From Halomicronema hongdechloris C2206 (GTDB lineage: Bacteria; Cyanobacteriota; Cyanobacteriia; Phormidesmidales; Phormidesmidaceae): a stretch of 32,000 nt of DNA. Positions 8,268-17,348 of this stretch are shown here, in pieces. Under the pieces are notes generated by a model. It saw only the letters and a list, made by a program, of their open reading frames with translations, ran no database searches and was not told where the DNA came from. The position numbers and the translations under genes are program-made. Location: NCBI RefSeq assembly GCF_002075285.3, contig NZ_CP021983.2, positions 2,610,001 to 2,642,000 of the forward strand. Direction: 5' to 3'. Position 1 is the first letter of the stretch, and each line of letters opens with the position of its first letter.

Positions 8268-8993
8268 ATGAGTAATACCAGTAATTTTAGGGAAGCCATT
8301 CAAAATGCCAGAGGCAATGCCCTGGTAGGCCCCAACGTCATCAACAATGCCCTGCCCTATGTGGGGGGAGGCCTAATCTTAACTGCTCTGGGAGCCTATG
8401 GTGGCTTAAATGTCATCAGCAGCAACCCTGGCATCTTCATGCCCACATTTTGGGTGGCCCTGATTGCTGAATTGATCCTCTTCTTTGTGGTCCGCAACGT
8501 GGCCGAGAAGGCTAACAATGCTACGGCCTTGCCGCTGTTAGCCACCTACAGCTTGCTCAGCGGCTACACCCTCAGTGGCATCATCTTCGTTGCCCTCAGT
8601 ACCTCTGGAGTGGGCATTAACGGCATTGGCATTGCCGCCCTAGGGTGTGGTATTACCTTCATCGCCGCCCGTCAAATTGGCTCTAATCTCTCAGACGAAG
8701 ACGGGCTAGCCCTGGCTAAGACCGTACGCCTGGGCATCATCGCTCTGGTGGTGGTGTTGGTAGGGCAGCTTGTCTTCTCCCTGTTTTTCGGCCAGATTCC
8801 CCAGTTCTTGGACATCGCCATTTCTGGAGTGGGAGTGCTGCTGTTTGTTGGGGCCTCAGTGGTTGATTTCTACATCTTGCCGCGGGCCTACAAGGATGAG
8901 CAGTATCTGTCGGCCGCCCTCTCGATGTATCTCACCTACATCAACTTGTTTATCTTCATTCTGCGGCTGTTGATTGCCATCAATCGAGATTGA
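8268..8993 (+). CDS. Bax inhibitor-1/YccA family membrane protein
   Basis: Seven-TM profile with the C-terminal 'AALSMYLTYINLFIFILRLL' region. The ATG at 8268 has GGAG 9 nt upstream and is preferred over the TTG at 8253. Confidence 0.8.
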   Translation: MSNTSNFREAIQNARGNALVGPNVINNALPYVGGGLILTALGAYGGLNVISSNPGIFMPTFWVALIAELILFFVVRNVAEKANNATALPLLATYSLLSGYTLSGIIFVALSTSGVGINGIGIAALGCGITFIAARQIGSNLSDEDGLALAKTVRLGIIALVVVLVGQLVFSLFFGQIPQFLDIAISGVGVLLFVGASVVDFYILPRAYKDEQYLSAALSMYLTYINLFIFILRLLIAINRD

Positions 8994-9149
8994 GTCGCCC
9001 ATTGCTGCCAGATGGGAGGCTAATTAGGTGGATGTCAATCAGGGAGTGAGGTGAGCTTCGCCATGGACTTGACTTGATTGACATCCCCCATGACTCGCAT
9101 CTAGCGCTAGCTCTAGGCCCGGTATTGGTGACGTTTCATTAGATTGCAT

Positions 9150-10275
9150 ATGCTCGAAACCGTTGACATTAAGCGCGAACTTGACTCTCTGTCGCAGCGC
9201 CTGGGTAAAACCCAGGAGTATCTTTGACGTTCCTGCCCTAGAAGCCAAGATTCAGGATCTCGAGCAACGGGCTGCCCAACCTGAGTTTTGGGATGACCCC
9301 GAGAAGGCGCAGGGGGTGATGCAGGATCTCAATGACTACAAGGCACATTTAGCTCAATTGGCCACATGGCAATCTAATTTGGATGATACTGCTGCCATCG
9401 TGGAATTGCTGGAGCAGGAAACCGATGAGGCCCTGCTACAGGAGGCGGAGCAGACCCTGCATCAACTTAATCAGGAATTGGGCCAATGGGAGTTACAGCA
9501 ATTGCTCTCGGGCCCCTACGACAAGAAAGGAGCAGTACTGACGATTAATGCGGGGGCTGGTGGCACCGATGCCCAGGACTGGGCCGAGATGCTGCTGCGG
9601 ATGTATACCCGCTGGGCAGAACAACAGGGCTACGCAGTCCATCTGGTAGAACTCTCCGAGGGGGAAGAGGCTGGGATTAAGTCGGCTACCCTGGAGATGA
9701 AGGGGCGCTATGCCTTTGGCTACCTCAAGGCAGAGAAGGGAACACACCGATTAGTACGGATCTCTCCGTTCAACGCCAATGGTAAGCGGCAAACCAGTTT
9801 CGCTGGGGTTGAAGTGATGCCCATATTAGACCAAACCATAGAGTTGGAGATTCCGGAGAAGGACCTAGAGATTAAGACGTCCCGTTCCGGCGGCGCTGGC
9901 GGGCAAAACGTGAACAAAGTCGAGACTGCGGTGCGCATTACTCACCTGCCCACTGGAATCTCGGTGCGCTGTACCCAGGAGCGATCGCAACTGCAGAACC
10001 GAGAAAAGGCCCTGGCTATCCTCAAGGCCAAGCTCACCATCATCGCCCAAGCGCAACAGGCGCGCGAGATCGCCGACATTCGAGGAGACATGGTAGAGGC
10101 CGCCTGGGGCAACCAGATTCGTAACTATGTCTTCCATCCCTACCAGATGGTCAAGGATTTGCGCACTGGCGTCGAAACCACCGCCATCGACGATGTCATG
10201 GCCGGGAATTTGAATCCCTTCATTCAGGCCTACCTGCGCCAAGATAATCAGGTGTTACAAGAGCAAACCGTGTAG
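9150..10275 (+). CDS. prfB: Peptide chain release factor 2 with a programmed +1 frameshift at 9222-9228
   Basis: Frame-0 leader '[25 protein letters not shown]' ends at CTT TGA C with AGGAG just upstream. The +1 frame continues '[13 protein letters not shown]...' with the SPF motif ('[17 protein letters not shown]') and the GGQ motif ('[16 protein letters not shown]'). Confidence 0.95.
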
Positions 10276-10288
10276 TCGTTTGATTGCC

Positions 10289-10507
10289 ATGAGTGACCCT
10301 TCCCCGTCTACCCCATCTACCCCATCTACTCCATCTAAGCCAACGCCTCCAGATCCGGTGCCACCCGCCTCGACACAACCTCCCAGCTATATCAAGCTGG
10401 CCATGCGTAACATGGTGAAGAAAGGCGGCAAGTCTCTGTTTCACTTCACCCTGACGACGACGGGACTGTTGGCCCTCCTAGTTGGCCTAGCCTACCTGAC
10501 GCGTTAA
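10289..10507 (+). CDS. Small membrane protein (DUF3285-like) with a Pro/Ser/Thr-rich N-terminus
   Basis: 'YIKLAMRNMVKKGGKSLFHFTLTTTGLLALLVGLAYLTR'. The stop overlaps the ybeY start (TAATG). The ATG at 10289 is preferred over the TTG at 10280. Confidence 0.65.
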   Translation: MSDPSPSTPSTPSTPSKPTPPDPVPPASTQPPSYIKLAMRNMVKKGGKSLFHFTLTTTGLLALLVGLAYLTR

Positions 10508-10992
10508 TGGTCCCCCAAGTAGAAGTCTGGCTACAGGTGGCCCCCTGCCAAGTTCCCCAGATTACCACTGAAGACTGGCAGCATTGGTTTCAAGTCTGGA
10601 TTGGCACCCTAGGCATCACGCTCTCACCAATTCATCAGTACGAACTGGGGCTACAGCTCATCGATGACGCCGGCATACAGCGTCTCAACGCGGCTTACCG
10701 GCATCAGGATACTGCCACCGATGTGCTGGCCTTTGCCGCCCTGGAGGCAGGGCTGCCCCCTGCGGACCTGTTACGGCAGGAGCCCCTCTATCTAGGAGAC
10801 ATCATCATCTCTTTAGACACGGCAGCCTGCCAGGCTAGGGCACAAGGCCATAGCTTGACCCAAGAAGTGCTCTGGTTGGCCAGCCATGGCCTGTTGCATT
10901 TATTGGGATGGGATCATCCCAACGATGAACGGTTGATAAAGATGCTAGAGCAACAGGAAAAACTATTGGTCAGGATCGGCTGGTCGGGCTAG
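10507..10992 (+). CDS. ybeY: rRNA maturation endoribonuclease YbeY
   Basis: Zinc-binding motif 'HGLLHLLGWDH' and 'TDVLAFA'. Confidence 0.9.
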   Translation: MVPQVEVWLQVAPCQVPQITTEDWQHWFQVWIGTLGITLSPIHQYELGLQLIDDAGIQRLNAAYRHQDTATDVLAFAALEAGLPPADLLRQEPLYLGDIIISLDTAACQARAQGHSLTQEVLWLASHGLLHLLGWDHPNDERLIKMLEQQEKLLVRIGWSG

Positions 10993-11181
10993 AGTAACCA
11001 GTAACATGCCGTTTTAGATCGTGAGCGTTCAGGAATAGGGTGTCCTAACTAATCCTTCATCCTTAGGTTTAAGCAGATTGTGTGGCCATCTGAGACTAGA
11101 GTGCCGAACCCGGATGATTATTAAGATGGCCCCCCTTAGAGGTTGTATCCATAACGGTCTCTGATGTTTTGACTGGCTGAT

Positions 11182-11634
11182 ATGTCTCTTTCTCAAGAAT
11201 CGACGAAGTCGGTGGCCATCTCTCCGGAGGAGATGCCCGGTAACCAGCGTCCCCTAGCCTGGCGGGTAGCCAATAACTTGTTCATTAGCTTCAGTTACGC
11301 TTGGCAGGGGGTCAGCTATGCCTTTCGCTCCCAGCGTAATTTCCGCATCCATGTGGTCATCGGTACGGTGGCTCTGGGACTGGGGATATGGCTACACTTA
11401 AGCGCTGTAGAGTTATCGATTATCAGCCTGACTTGCGGAGCTGTCTTGGCCATAGAGCTGATCAATACGGCCCTCGAGTCTGTTGTTGATCTGACGGTGC
11501 AGCAGACTTATCACGAACTCGCTAAGATCGCTAAAGACTGTGCTGCTGCCGCCGTCCTGATTTCGGCTATGGTTTCTGTATTGGTGGCGGCTTGTCTGAT
11601 TGTGCCCCCCCTGTGGGCCACCCTCTCTACTTAA
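11182..11634 (+). CDS. dgkA: Diacylglycerol kinase
   Basis: Three-TM 150-aa protein with 'FRIHVVIG', 'ELINTALESVVD' and 'AKDCAAAAVLISA'. Confidence 0.85.
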   Translation: MSLSQESTKSVAISPEEMPGNQRPLAWRVANNLFISFSYAWQGVSYAFRSQRNFRIHVVIGTVALGLGIWLHLSAVELSIISLTCGAVLAIELINTALESVVDLTVQQTYHELAKIAKDCAAAAVLISAMVSVLVAACLIVPPLWATLST

Positions 11635-11642
11635 GCATCGCC

Positions 11643-12257
11643 ATGATTCTTGTCATCGATAACTACGACAGCTTTACCTACAACTTGGTACAGTACCTAG
11701 GAGAGTTAGGGCAAACTTGGCCAGTTGCCCAGGGGATTGAGGTCTATCGTAACGACCAAATCACGGTGGCTCAGGTGCGTCAACGGCAGCCCGATGGGGT
11801 GGTGATTTCGCCGGGCCCCGGATGTCCTGACGAGGCTGGCATTTCCCTAGAGCTCATTGGCGAGCTAGGCCCCACTCTGCCGATTCTGGGAGTTTGTCTG
11901 GGGCATCAAAGCATCGGTCAGGCCTTCGGCGCTCGCGTGGGACCAGCGACTGAGCTCATGCATGGTAAGACATCGGCAATCCATCACAGCAATCAGGGCG
12001 TCTTCCGAGGGCTGGATAATCCATTTCAGGCTACCCGCTACCATAGCTTGGTGATTGAGCGCCAGAGTTGTCCTGAGGAATTGGAGATCACGGCTTGGGT
12101 TGACGATGGCCCCATCATGGGGGTGCAGCACCGTCAATACCCTCACATTCAGGGCGTGCAGTTTCATCCCGAGAGTGTCTTGACCCATGCCGGCAAGCAT
12201 CTGCTGCAAAACTTTTTGGCAGAGTTAGCGCAACCGGCAGTGGCTCTACCTGCCTAG
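11643..12257 (+). CDS. trpG: Anthranilate/aminodeoxychorismate synthase component II (glutamine amidotransferase)
   Basis: 'MILVIDNYDSFTYNLVQYLGELG', 'ISPGPG', 'GVCLGHQSIG' (catalytic Cys) and 'GVQFHPES'. The ATG at 11643 fits family N-termini. Confidence 0.92.
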   Translation: MILVIDNYDSFTYNLVQYLGELGQTWPVAQGIEVYRNDQITVAQVRQRQPDGVVISPGPGCPDEAGISLELIGELGPTLPILGVCLGHQSIGQAFGARVGPATELMHGKTSAIHHSNQGVFRGLDNPFQATRYHSLVIERQSCPEELEITAWVDDGPIMGVQHRQYPHIQGVQFHPESVLTHAGKHLLQNFLAELAQPAVALPA

Positions 12258-12388
12258 GCAATGGCGATGAGTTCATCAGGATGGCTAGAGTTGAGACCCA
12301 TCCTGGTCTATACTCCGAGGGAAACTGTATCGATAGATCTTCCGTCGTGATTGTTGATGGACGGGGATGTACCCTTGGGGAGGCAGCT

Positions 12389-13180
12389 ATGAAACGGCGA
12401 CATCTTGTCCGCTATGCGGGAGCAGGCTTTTTGGCGACCCTGGGGCTAGGGGGCATGTCTCAGTGGCGGCCTACTCCGGCGCAATCTAGCGGTGTCACGG
12501 TGCGCTGGTTAGGGCATACTAGCTTTTTATTTAGCGGCGGTGGCCGTCGGATTTTGGCCAATCCCTTTCGCAGTAATTGGCCGAATGAGCCCATTGGTTG
12601 CACCGCTGGCTACCGCTCCCCGGCAGTGGCTAGTGATCTGGTGTTAATTAGTAGCCGTCTGTTTGATGAAGGCTATTTGAATGAATTACCTGGGGATCCT
12701 CAAATTTTGTCTGATCCCGGTGTCTATGAGTATCCCAACTTGCGGGTGCAGGGCATTGGTATTCCCCATGACCGCGAGGGAGGGCGTCGGTTTGGCACCA
12801 ATGTGATCTGGCGCTGGAACCAGGGGGGAATAAATCTCGTGCACATGGGGGGGGCCGCTGCCCCATTGCAGGTGGAACAGCAGATTTTGCTCGGTCGTCC
12901 GGATGTCCTGTTTGTGCCGGTGGGCGGCGGGCCTAAGGCCTATACCGCCGAGGAGGCAGCCCAGGCAGTCCAGACCTTGAATCCTAAGCTGGTGGTGCCG
13001 ACTCACTATCGGACCCAGGCGGCTGATCCAGAGACTTGTGATATCGAAGGCTTGGATGGTTTCTTGGCGTTGATGGAGGGAACTCCAGTCAGTCGAGCCG
13101 GAGAAACCATGACACTGCAACCGGCTAGCTTGCCGAGCAGTGGCAGGCGAATTCAGGTGATGAGCTACGCCTTTGGCTAG
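12389..13180 (+). CDS. MBL-fold metallo-hydrolase with a probable Tat signal peptide
   Basis: The ATG at 12389 follows GGGGAGG. The twin-arginine leader 'MKRRHLVRYAGAGFLATLGLGG' precedes 'VRWLGHTSFLF' and 'LVVPTHY', as in UPF0173-type MBL proteins. Confidence 0.7.
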   Translation: MKRRHLVRYAGAGFLATLGLGGMSQWRPTPAQSSGVTVRWLGHTSFLFSGGGRRILANPFRSNWPNEPIGCTAGYRSPAVASDLVLISSRLFDEGYLNELPGDPQILSDPGVYEYPNLRVQGIGIPHDREGGRRFGTNVIWRWNQGGINLVHMGGAAAPLQVEQQILLGRPDVLFVPVGGGPKAYTAEEAAQAVQTLNPKLVVPTHYRTQAADPETCDIEGLDGFLALMEGTPVSRAGETMTLQPASLPSSGRRIQVMSYAFG

Positions 13181-13263
13181 GGCCTAGGCAATAGCCCCAG
13201 GGAAATCCAGGGCGTGGTGGTGCGGGTTACCATTGAGGATAACCCTTCATCCTGCGTGAGTCT

Positions 13264-14574
13264 ATGCAATCTATCTTTCAGGCCCGGCGAGAGGTGCTCA
13301 TGGCCAGAATTGGTCAGGGTGCGGCTGTCTTCGGCGCCGCGCCGATGGTGACTATGCACAGCGATGTGGAGCATCCCTTTCGCCAAGATAGTGATTTCTA
13401 CTACTTGACTGGGTTTAATGAGCCGCAGGCAGTGGCGGTGTTGGCACCTCACCACGAGGAGCATCGATTTGTATTGTTTGTGCGGCCTAAGGATAAGGAG
13501 CAGGAGATTTGGTCGGGCTACCGGGTGGGAGTTGAGGGGACCAAGGAGCGCTATGGTGCCGATGAGGTCTATCCGATTCAGGAGTTGGATCAGCACTTAC
13601 CCAAGTATCTGGAGAAGGCGGAGCGGCTTTATTATCACTTGGGCTGCGATCGCACCCTAGACGATAAGATTCTGCATCACTGGCAGCAATTACTGGTCGC
13701 CTATCGCAAACGGGGCACCGGACCAGTAGCTATCGAAGATGCGCAACTGGTACTGCAACAGCAGCGACGGGTGAAGCAGCCCGAAGAGATCGAGCTGCTG
13801 CGCCAGGCCATCGCCATCTCTGCCAAAGCCCACAACCACGCCCGCGAGATCACTCAACCTGGGCGCTACGAATATGAAATTCAAGCCGAGATCGAGCATC
13901 TCTTCCGCTTGCAGGGAGCTATGGGACCGGCCTATCCCTCCATCGTGGCCTCTGGTTCCAATGCCTGCATCCTGCACTACATCGACAACAACCGCCAGAT
14001 GCAAGCGGGAGATCTGCTGTTGATCGATGCCGGTTGCGCCTACCAGTACTACAACGCCGACATCACTCGCACCTTTCCTGTGGGCGGCCACTTCAGCCCC
14101 GAACAACGCATCCTCTACGAGCTGGTGCTCGAAGCCCAGCGGCAAGCCATCGATGCCGTCAGACCCGGTCAACCCTTCAATGCCTTCCATGACGCCGCCA
14201 CCCGTGTCATCACCGAGGCGCTAGTGGACCTAGGTTTGCTCCAGGGAGAGATAGACACCCTGATCGAGGAGAAAACCCACAAAGCCTTCTTCATGCATGG
14301 CACCGGCCACTTTTTGGGGTTAGACGTCCACGATGTCGGCACCCTACGCAATCCAGACAAGAGCTGGCAACCCTTCCAGCCTGGCAACGTCGTCACCGTC
14401 GAGCCCGGCATTTACATCGCCCCCGACTACGAACCTGCCGAGGGTCAACCTGTCGTAGATGAGCGCTGGCGAGGGATTGGCATTCGCATCGAAGACGATG
14501 TGCTGGTGACAGCCGCGGGGCACGAGGTCCTGACAGCTGCTGTTCCCAAGTCTCTGGAGGCAATGGAATCCTAA
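13264..14574 (+). CDS. pepP: Xaa-Pro aminopeptidase (M24B)
   Basis: 'FRQDSDFYYLTGF' in the N-domain. Metal ligands are in 'LLLIDAGCAYQYYNADITRTFPV', 'HGTGHFLGLDVHD', 'VVTVEPGIY' and 'GIRIEDDV'. Confidence 0.92.
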   Translation: MQSIFQARREVLMARIGQGAAVFGAAPMVTMHSDVEHPFRQDSDFYYLTGFNEPQAVAVLAPHHEEHRFVLFVRPKDKEQEIWSGYRVGVEGTKERYGADEVYPIQELDQHLPKYLEKAERLYYHLGCDRTLDDKILHHWQQLLVAYRKRGTGPVAIEDAQLVLQQQRRVKQPEEIELLRQAIAISAKAHNHAREITQPGRYEYEIQAEIEHLFRLQGAMGPAYPSIVASGSNACILHYIDNNRQMQAGDLLLIDAGCAYQYYNADITRTFPVGGHFSPEQRILYELVLEAQRQAIDAVRPGQPFNAFHDAATRVITEALVDLGLLQGEIDTLIEEKTHKAFFMHGTGHFLGLDVHDVGTLRNPDKSWQPFQPGNVVTVEPGIYIAPDYEPAEGQPVVDERWRGIGIRIEDDVLVTAAGHEVLTAAVPKSLEAMES

Positions 14575-15173
14575 GACTGACGCAGCTTCCACACTAAGCT
14601 AGACATCAAGTTAGTAACAATATGGGCCAGCAGTGGTACCAGTAAGTTACCGGTGATCAAGGCACTCATGCCCAACACCAGCCCGATCACCGTGGCCCAG
14701 ATGCCATAGGGCCATTGTTCTAGGCTGCTGAGGTGGAGAACGCCAAAGCACAAGCTGGATATGACCACGCCGAACCCAGTGAGGCCGATAGCCGGCAACA
14801 TCACCCCACGAAATAATAGTTCTTCACTCAGCCCCGGCAATATCCCCAACCACAGCACATCTATCGCCGTTAGCGGGGACAATACCAATTGCAAATACAC
14901 ATCGGCACTGCGGCGATAGGCGGGCCAGAGTTGATAGGCCAGGGCACTAGCCAGGGTGATAGCTGCCCCCAGCCCCAGACCTAAGAGGCCATCAATCAGA
15001 GACAGGTGCAGCGGCAGCAATGATATCGGATCTAGCCACAGCCACAGCCGAGCAATCAGCAGCAAAATCAAGGCAGTAATGCCGATGGCCGCTAAGATCT
15101 GTACCCGACTGAGGGAATCGATAGGGGGCTGATCAGGGGAGGGGGGAGGAGTCACACACAATGCTCTAGTCAT
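14571..15173 (-). CDS. CPBP family intramembrane glutamic endopeptidase (CAAX protease-like)
   Basis: 'LSEELLFRGVMLP' (EExxxR motif), 'FGVLH' and 'LAHIVTN' on a multi-TM scaffold. Confidence 0.8.
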   Translation of the reverse strand: MTRALCVTPPPSPDQPPIDSLSRVQILAAIGITALILLLIARLWLWLDPISLLPLHLSLIDGLLGLGLGAAITLASALAYQLWPAYRRSADVYLQLVLSPLTAIDVLWLGILPGLSEELLFRGVMLPAIGLTGFGVVISSLCFGVLHLSSLEQWPYGIWATVIGLVLGMSALITGNLLVPLLAHIVTNLMSSLVWKLRQS

Positions 15174-15185
15174 ACTGGGGCTATC

Positions 15186-16286
15186 TTAACGAACCCCAGT
15201 TCCCATCGAGTTGGCTACCGAGAGATCGGGAATAGCAGCATGAGCAGCAATGGGGGCCACCCCCTGGCTAGACTGTTGCAATAGGTGACCGCTGACCCCA
15301 GCCCGATGGGCAGCTAGAAACCCAATGGCTTCCAGATAAGAGGCCACGATGACCGCGTCGATCCCCACCGCGGCCGGAGATACCTGCATCGTAGTTTGGT
15401 TTTCAGCCACGGCAATGATTAAGGGCCGCTGGCGGCTTAAGCTCAACACGCCACTGCCACCACAGGCTGTCGCCGGCACTACCACGGCATTCACTTGATC
15501 GGCCCAGAGAGCTTGATGGTCATCATTGGGCGACGTGGCAAAGTTGGGGGCTTGGCTGAGCCCCGCCAACACGCAGGGTAAGAAGGTATAGCCAGTTTCC
15601 TCGGCGGCAGACTTTGGCGAAATACTGGGCTCCAGTGGCAAGGGCTGTAGGGCGGGGGCATGGGCACAGGGCACCTGAAAAGTGCGGACCACCAGGTGGC
15701 TAATCACGGCTTCAGCCCCCGCCAAGGGATCGACCCCCTGGCCCTGGCGATAGGCCTGTAGCACCGCACTATCCTCATCATCTGGAAAGCGGGCCACCAC
15801 GGCAATGGCCTCGGCTCCAGCGGTAATCAGCCGAGCCGCGGCTCGCAACAGGCTATCGGGTCGTGCAATCGTGCCCCAAGTTGCCCCCGAAGCCGCTGTC
15901 TGCAAGGTTACTCCTAACGGGGCATCCGTGACCATATAGCCGGTTAGATCCAATCCCAGAGTAGCCCGAGCAGCGTCGGCCGCCTGGAGATGGCGCCAGC
16001 GTAGTTCGGTCTCGACGGCCTGGTCCAGTAGTAACCCGACCCGGTTTTGGGGTACAGGACGCAGCCCCCACTGGCCGGCACAAAACCGATCGAGGCCGTA
16101 GCCTTCGACGTAATGGGCATTCGCCAAGGGCCAGTAGAGCTGGGCACCGTTGAGCACATTGGGATGGGTAATCAGATGATCTACCACCCCAGCCATAGCC
16201 CGGGCCACAGGCAAGGCATCCCCGGCATAGCCACCGATGCTGGCACCAATCCCCGTGGGGACAATCAGAACTGCAGTGTAGGTCAT
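15186..16286 (-). CDS. DUF3326-like conserved protein of unknown function
   Basis: 'VLIVPTGIGASIGGYAGDALPVARAM..ITHPNVLNGA' resembles the cyanobacterial/plastid DUF3326 family. Assignment is from memory. Confidence 0.65.
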   Translation of the reverse strand: MTYTAVLIVPTGIGASIGGYAGDALPVARAMAGVVDHLITHPNVLNGAQLYWPLANAHYVEGYGLDRFCAGQWGLRPVPQNRVGLLLDQAVETELRWRHLQAADAARATLGLDLTGYMVTDAPLGVTLQTAASGATWGTIARPDSLLRAAARLITAGAEAIAVVARFPDDEDSAVLQAYRQGQGVDPLAGAEAVISHLVVRTFQVPCAHAPALQPLPLEPSISPKSAAEETGYTFLPCVLAGLSQAPNFATSPNDDHQALWADQVNAVVVPATACGGSGVLSLSRQRPLIIAVAENQTTMQVSPAAVGIDAVIVASYLEAIGFLAAHRAGVSGHLLQQSSQGVAPIAAHAAIPDLSVANSMGTGVR

Positions 16287-16309
16287 CGGGGCCAGGTAGG
16301 TGTAACCTG

Positions 16310-16489
16310 CTAAGGCTGCCCTTGGGTCACGACGGCCTCCACTTGAGCCGTCTGGCGCCCGTCATCCACAGCAGTGATGGCCCAGCGCAGGGGCTCTCCT
16401 CGCTGCTGCAATTCTGCTTCAACGGCTGCAGACAAGTCAGTAGTCACGGCGTTGAGGTCGATTTCGGCGGTGATGAAGTGGGTAGTCAT
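16310..16489 (-). CDS. Small hypothetical protein (59 aa)
   Basis: The ATG at 16489 lies 4 nt after the ferredoxin stop and the ORF ends 23 nt before the DUF3326-like start. The spacing suggests co-transcription. No family was recognised. Confidence 0.45.
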   Translation of the reverse strand: MTTHFITAEIDLNAVTTDLSAAVEAELQQRGEPLRWAITAVDDGRQTAQVEAVVTQGQP

Positions 16490-16493
16490 GGTG

Positions 16494-16814
16494 CTATTGA
16501 GCTTGGCCAAATTGCTTCTGGTAAACGATATCTTCTTTTTCGGTTTCTAGCTTTAGGTCTGAGCGAGGATAGGCTACACACAGTAAGGCATACCCTTCCT
16601 CCTGTAGTTCTGGGCTGACTCCCATGCCATCGCTTTGATCGACATTACCCTCTAACAACAGGGCGGCACAGGTGGTGCAGACGCCAGCACTGCAGGAAAA
16701 CGGCAGGTCTAAGCCAGCCTCATGGGCCGTGGCTAGTACCGTTTTGTCATCGGCAACGGTGAGGGTATGGACGTCGCCTTGGTGGTGGATTTCAACGGTG
16801 TAGGTAGTTGCCAT
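16494..16814 (-). CDS. Plant-type [2Fe-2S] ferredoxin
   Basis: 'LPFSCSAGVCTTCAALLLEG' (CxxxxCxxC) plus the fourth Cys in 'YALLCVAYP'. Confidence 0.92.
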   Translation of the reverse strand: MATTYTVEIHHQGDVHTLTVADDKTVLATAHEAGLDLPFSCSAGVCTTCAALLLEGNVDQSDGMGVSPELQEEGYALLCVAYPRSDLKLETEKEDIVYQKQFGQAQ

Positions 16815-16832
16815 AGGGCTGTTAGCAAACTG

Positions 16833-16909
16833 TCTGTCGTCTCAGTGTCGTCGTCTCAGTGTCGTCGTCTCAGTGTCGTCGTCTCAGTGTCGTCGTCTCA
16901 GTGTCGTCG
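16833..16909. repeat. 14-bp tandem repeat GTCGTCGTCTCAGT: 4 perfect units, 1 degenerate unit and half a unit
   Basis: CTCAGT recurs at 16841, 16855, 16869, 16883 and 16897, giving an exact 14-nt period. The array starts 18 nt upstream of the ferredoxin ATG. Confidence 0.95.
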
Positions 16910-17050
16910 AGATGTGATTACCAGAGGGATCTCTAACTTGAGATCTGCCCTTGACTCCTGGCTTAGTGCTCTGCGGCAGACATGCAGACATAACACCTCT
17001 ATCGGCCAGAGTGGTAAGGCGGCATTGAATCTGCCTTCTGCCTTGGTGAG

Positions 17051-17227
17051 CTAGCCAGTTTCGGGAAAGGTGCGATCGAAATCTTCCAGCAAATCGTCCA
17101 TTTCTTCTAAGGCCTGATTCACATCAATGCGCAAGGTACCCAAGTCGGGCTGCTCTAGGAGGCGCACCAAGGAGGCTCGCTTGCTTTTAATCTGCTGGAT
17201 GCGATCGCGAATGACTTGTACATCCAT
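17051..17227 (-). CDS. Small ORF (58 aa) missing from the ORF track
   Basis: An ATG-to-TAG frame reads 'MDVQVIRDRIQQIKSKRASLVRLLEQPDLGTLRIDVNQALEEMDDLLEDFDRTFPETG'. It is an amphipathic, helical-looking sequence that fills an otherwise empty gap. Confidence 0.45.
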   Translation of the reverse strand: MDVQVIRDRIQQIKSKRASLVRLLEQPDLGTLRIDVNQALEEMDDLLEDFDRTFPETG

Positions 17228-17348
17228 GAAACCCCATTTGCCAATTCATCTCTCCTAACAGGATACAGCCGTTTGCAATCGCTATCCCCTATTCGGACGA
17301 GACACAACGGGGGATGATGGGACAAGACTATCGATAACCAGGACCCCT

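Noticed and set aside
10304-10339. A 9-bp tandem repeat (CCRTCTACY x4) as a non-coding repeat or contingency locus
   Set aside because: It is in frame and encodes (PST)n in the disordered N-terminus of the DUF3285-like protein, so it is ordinary coding low complexity.
16767-17054. A 95-aa plus-strand ORF with the repeated peptide 'VSSSQCRR'
   Set aside because: The peptide repeat is an artefact of reading through the 14-bp tandem array (three units make 14 codons). There is no Shine-Dalgarno, the first part overlaps the ferredoxin start in antisense, and the composition is Ser/Val/Arg-biased.
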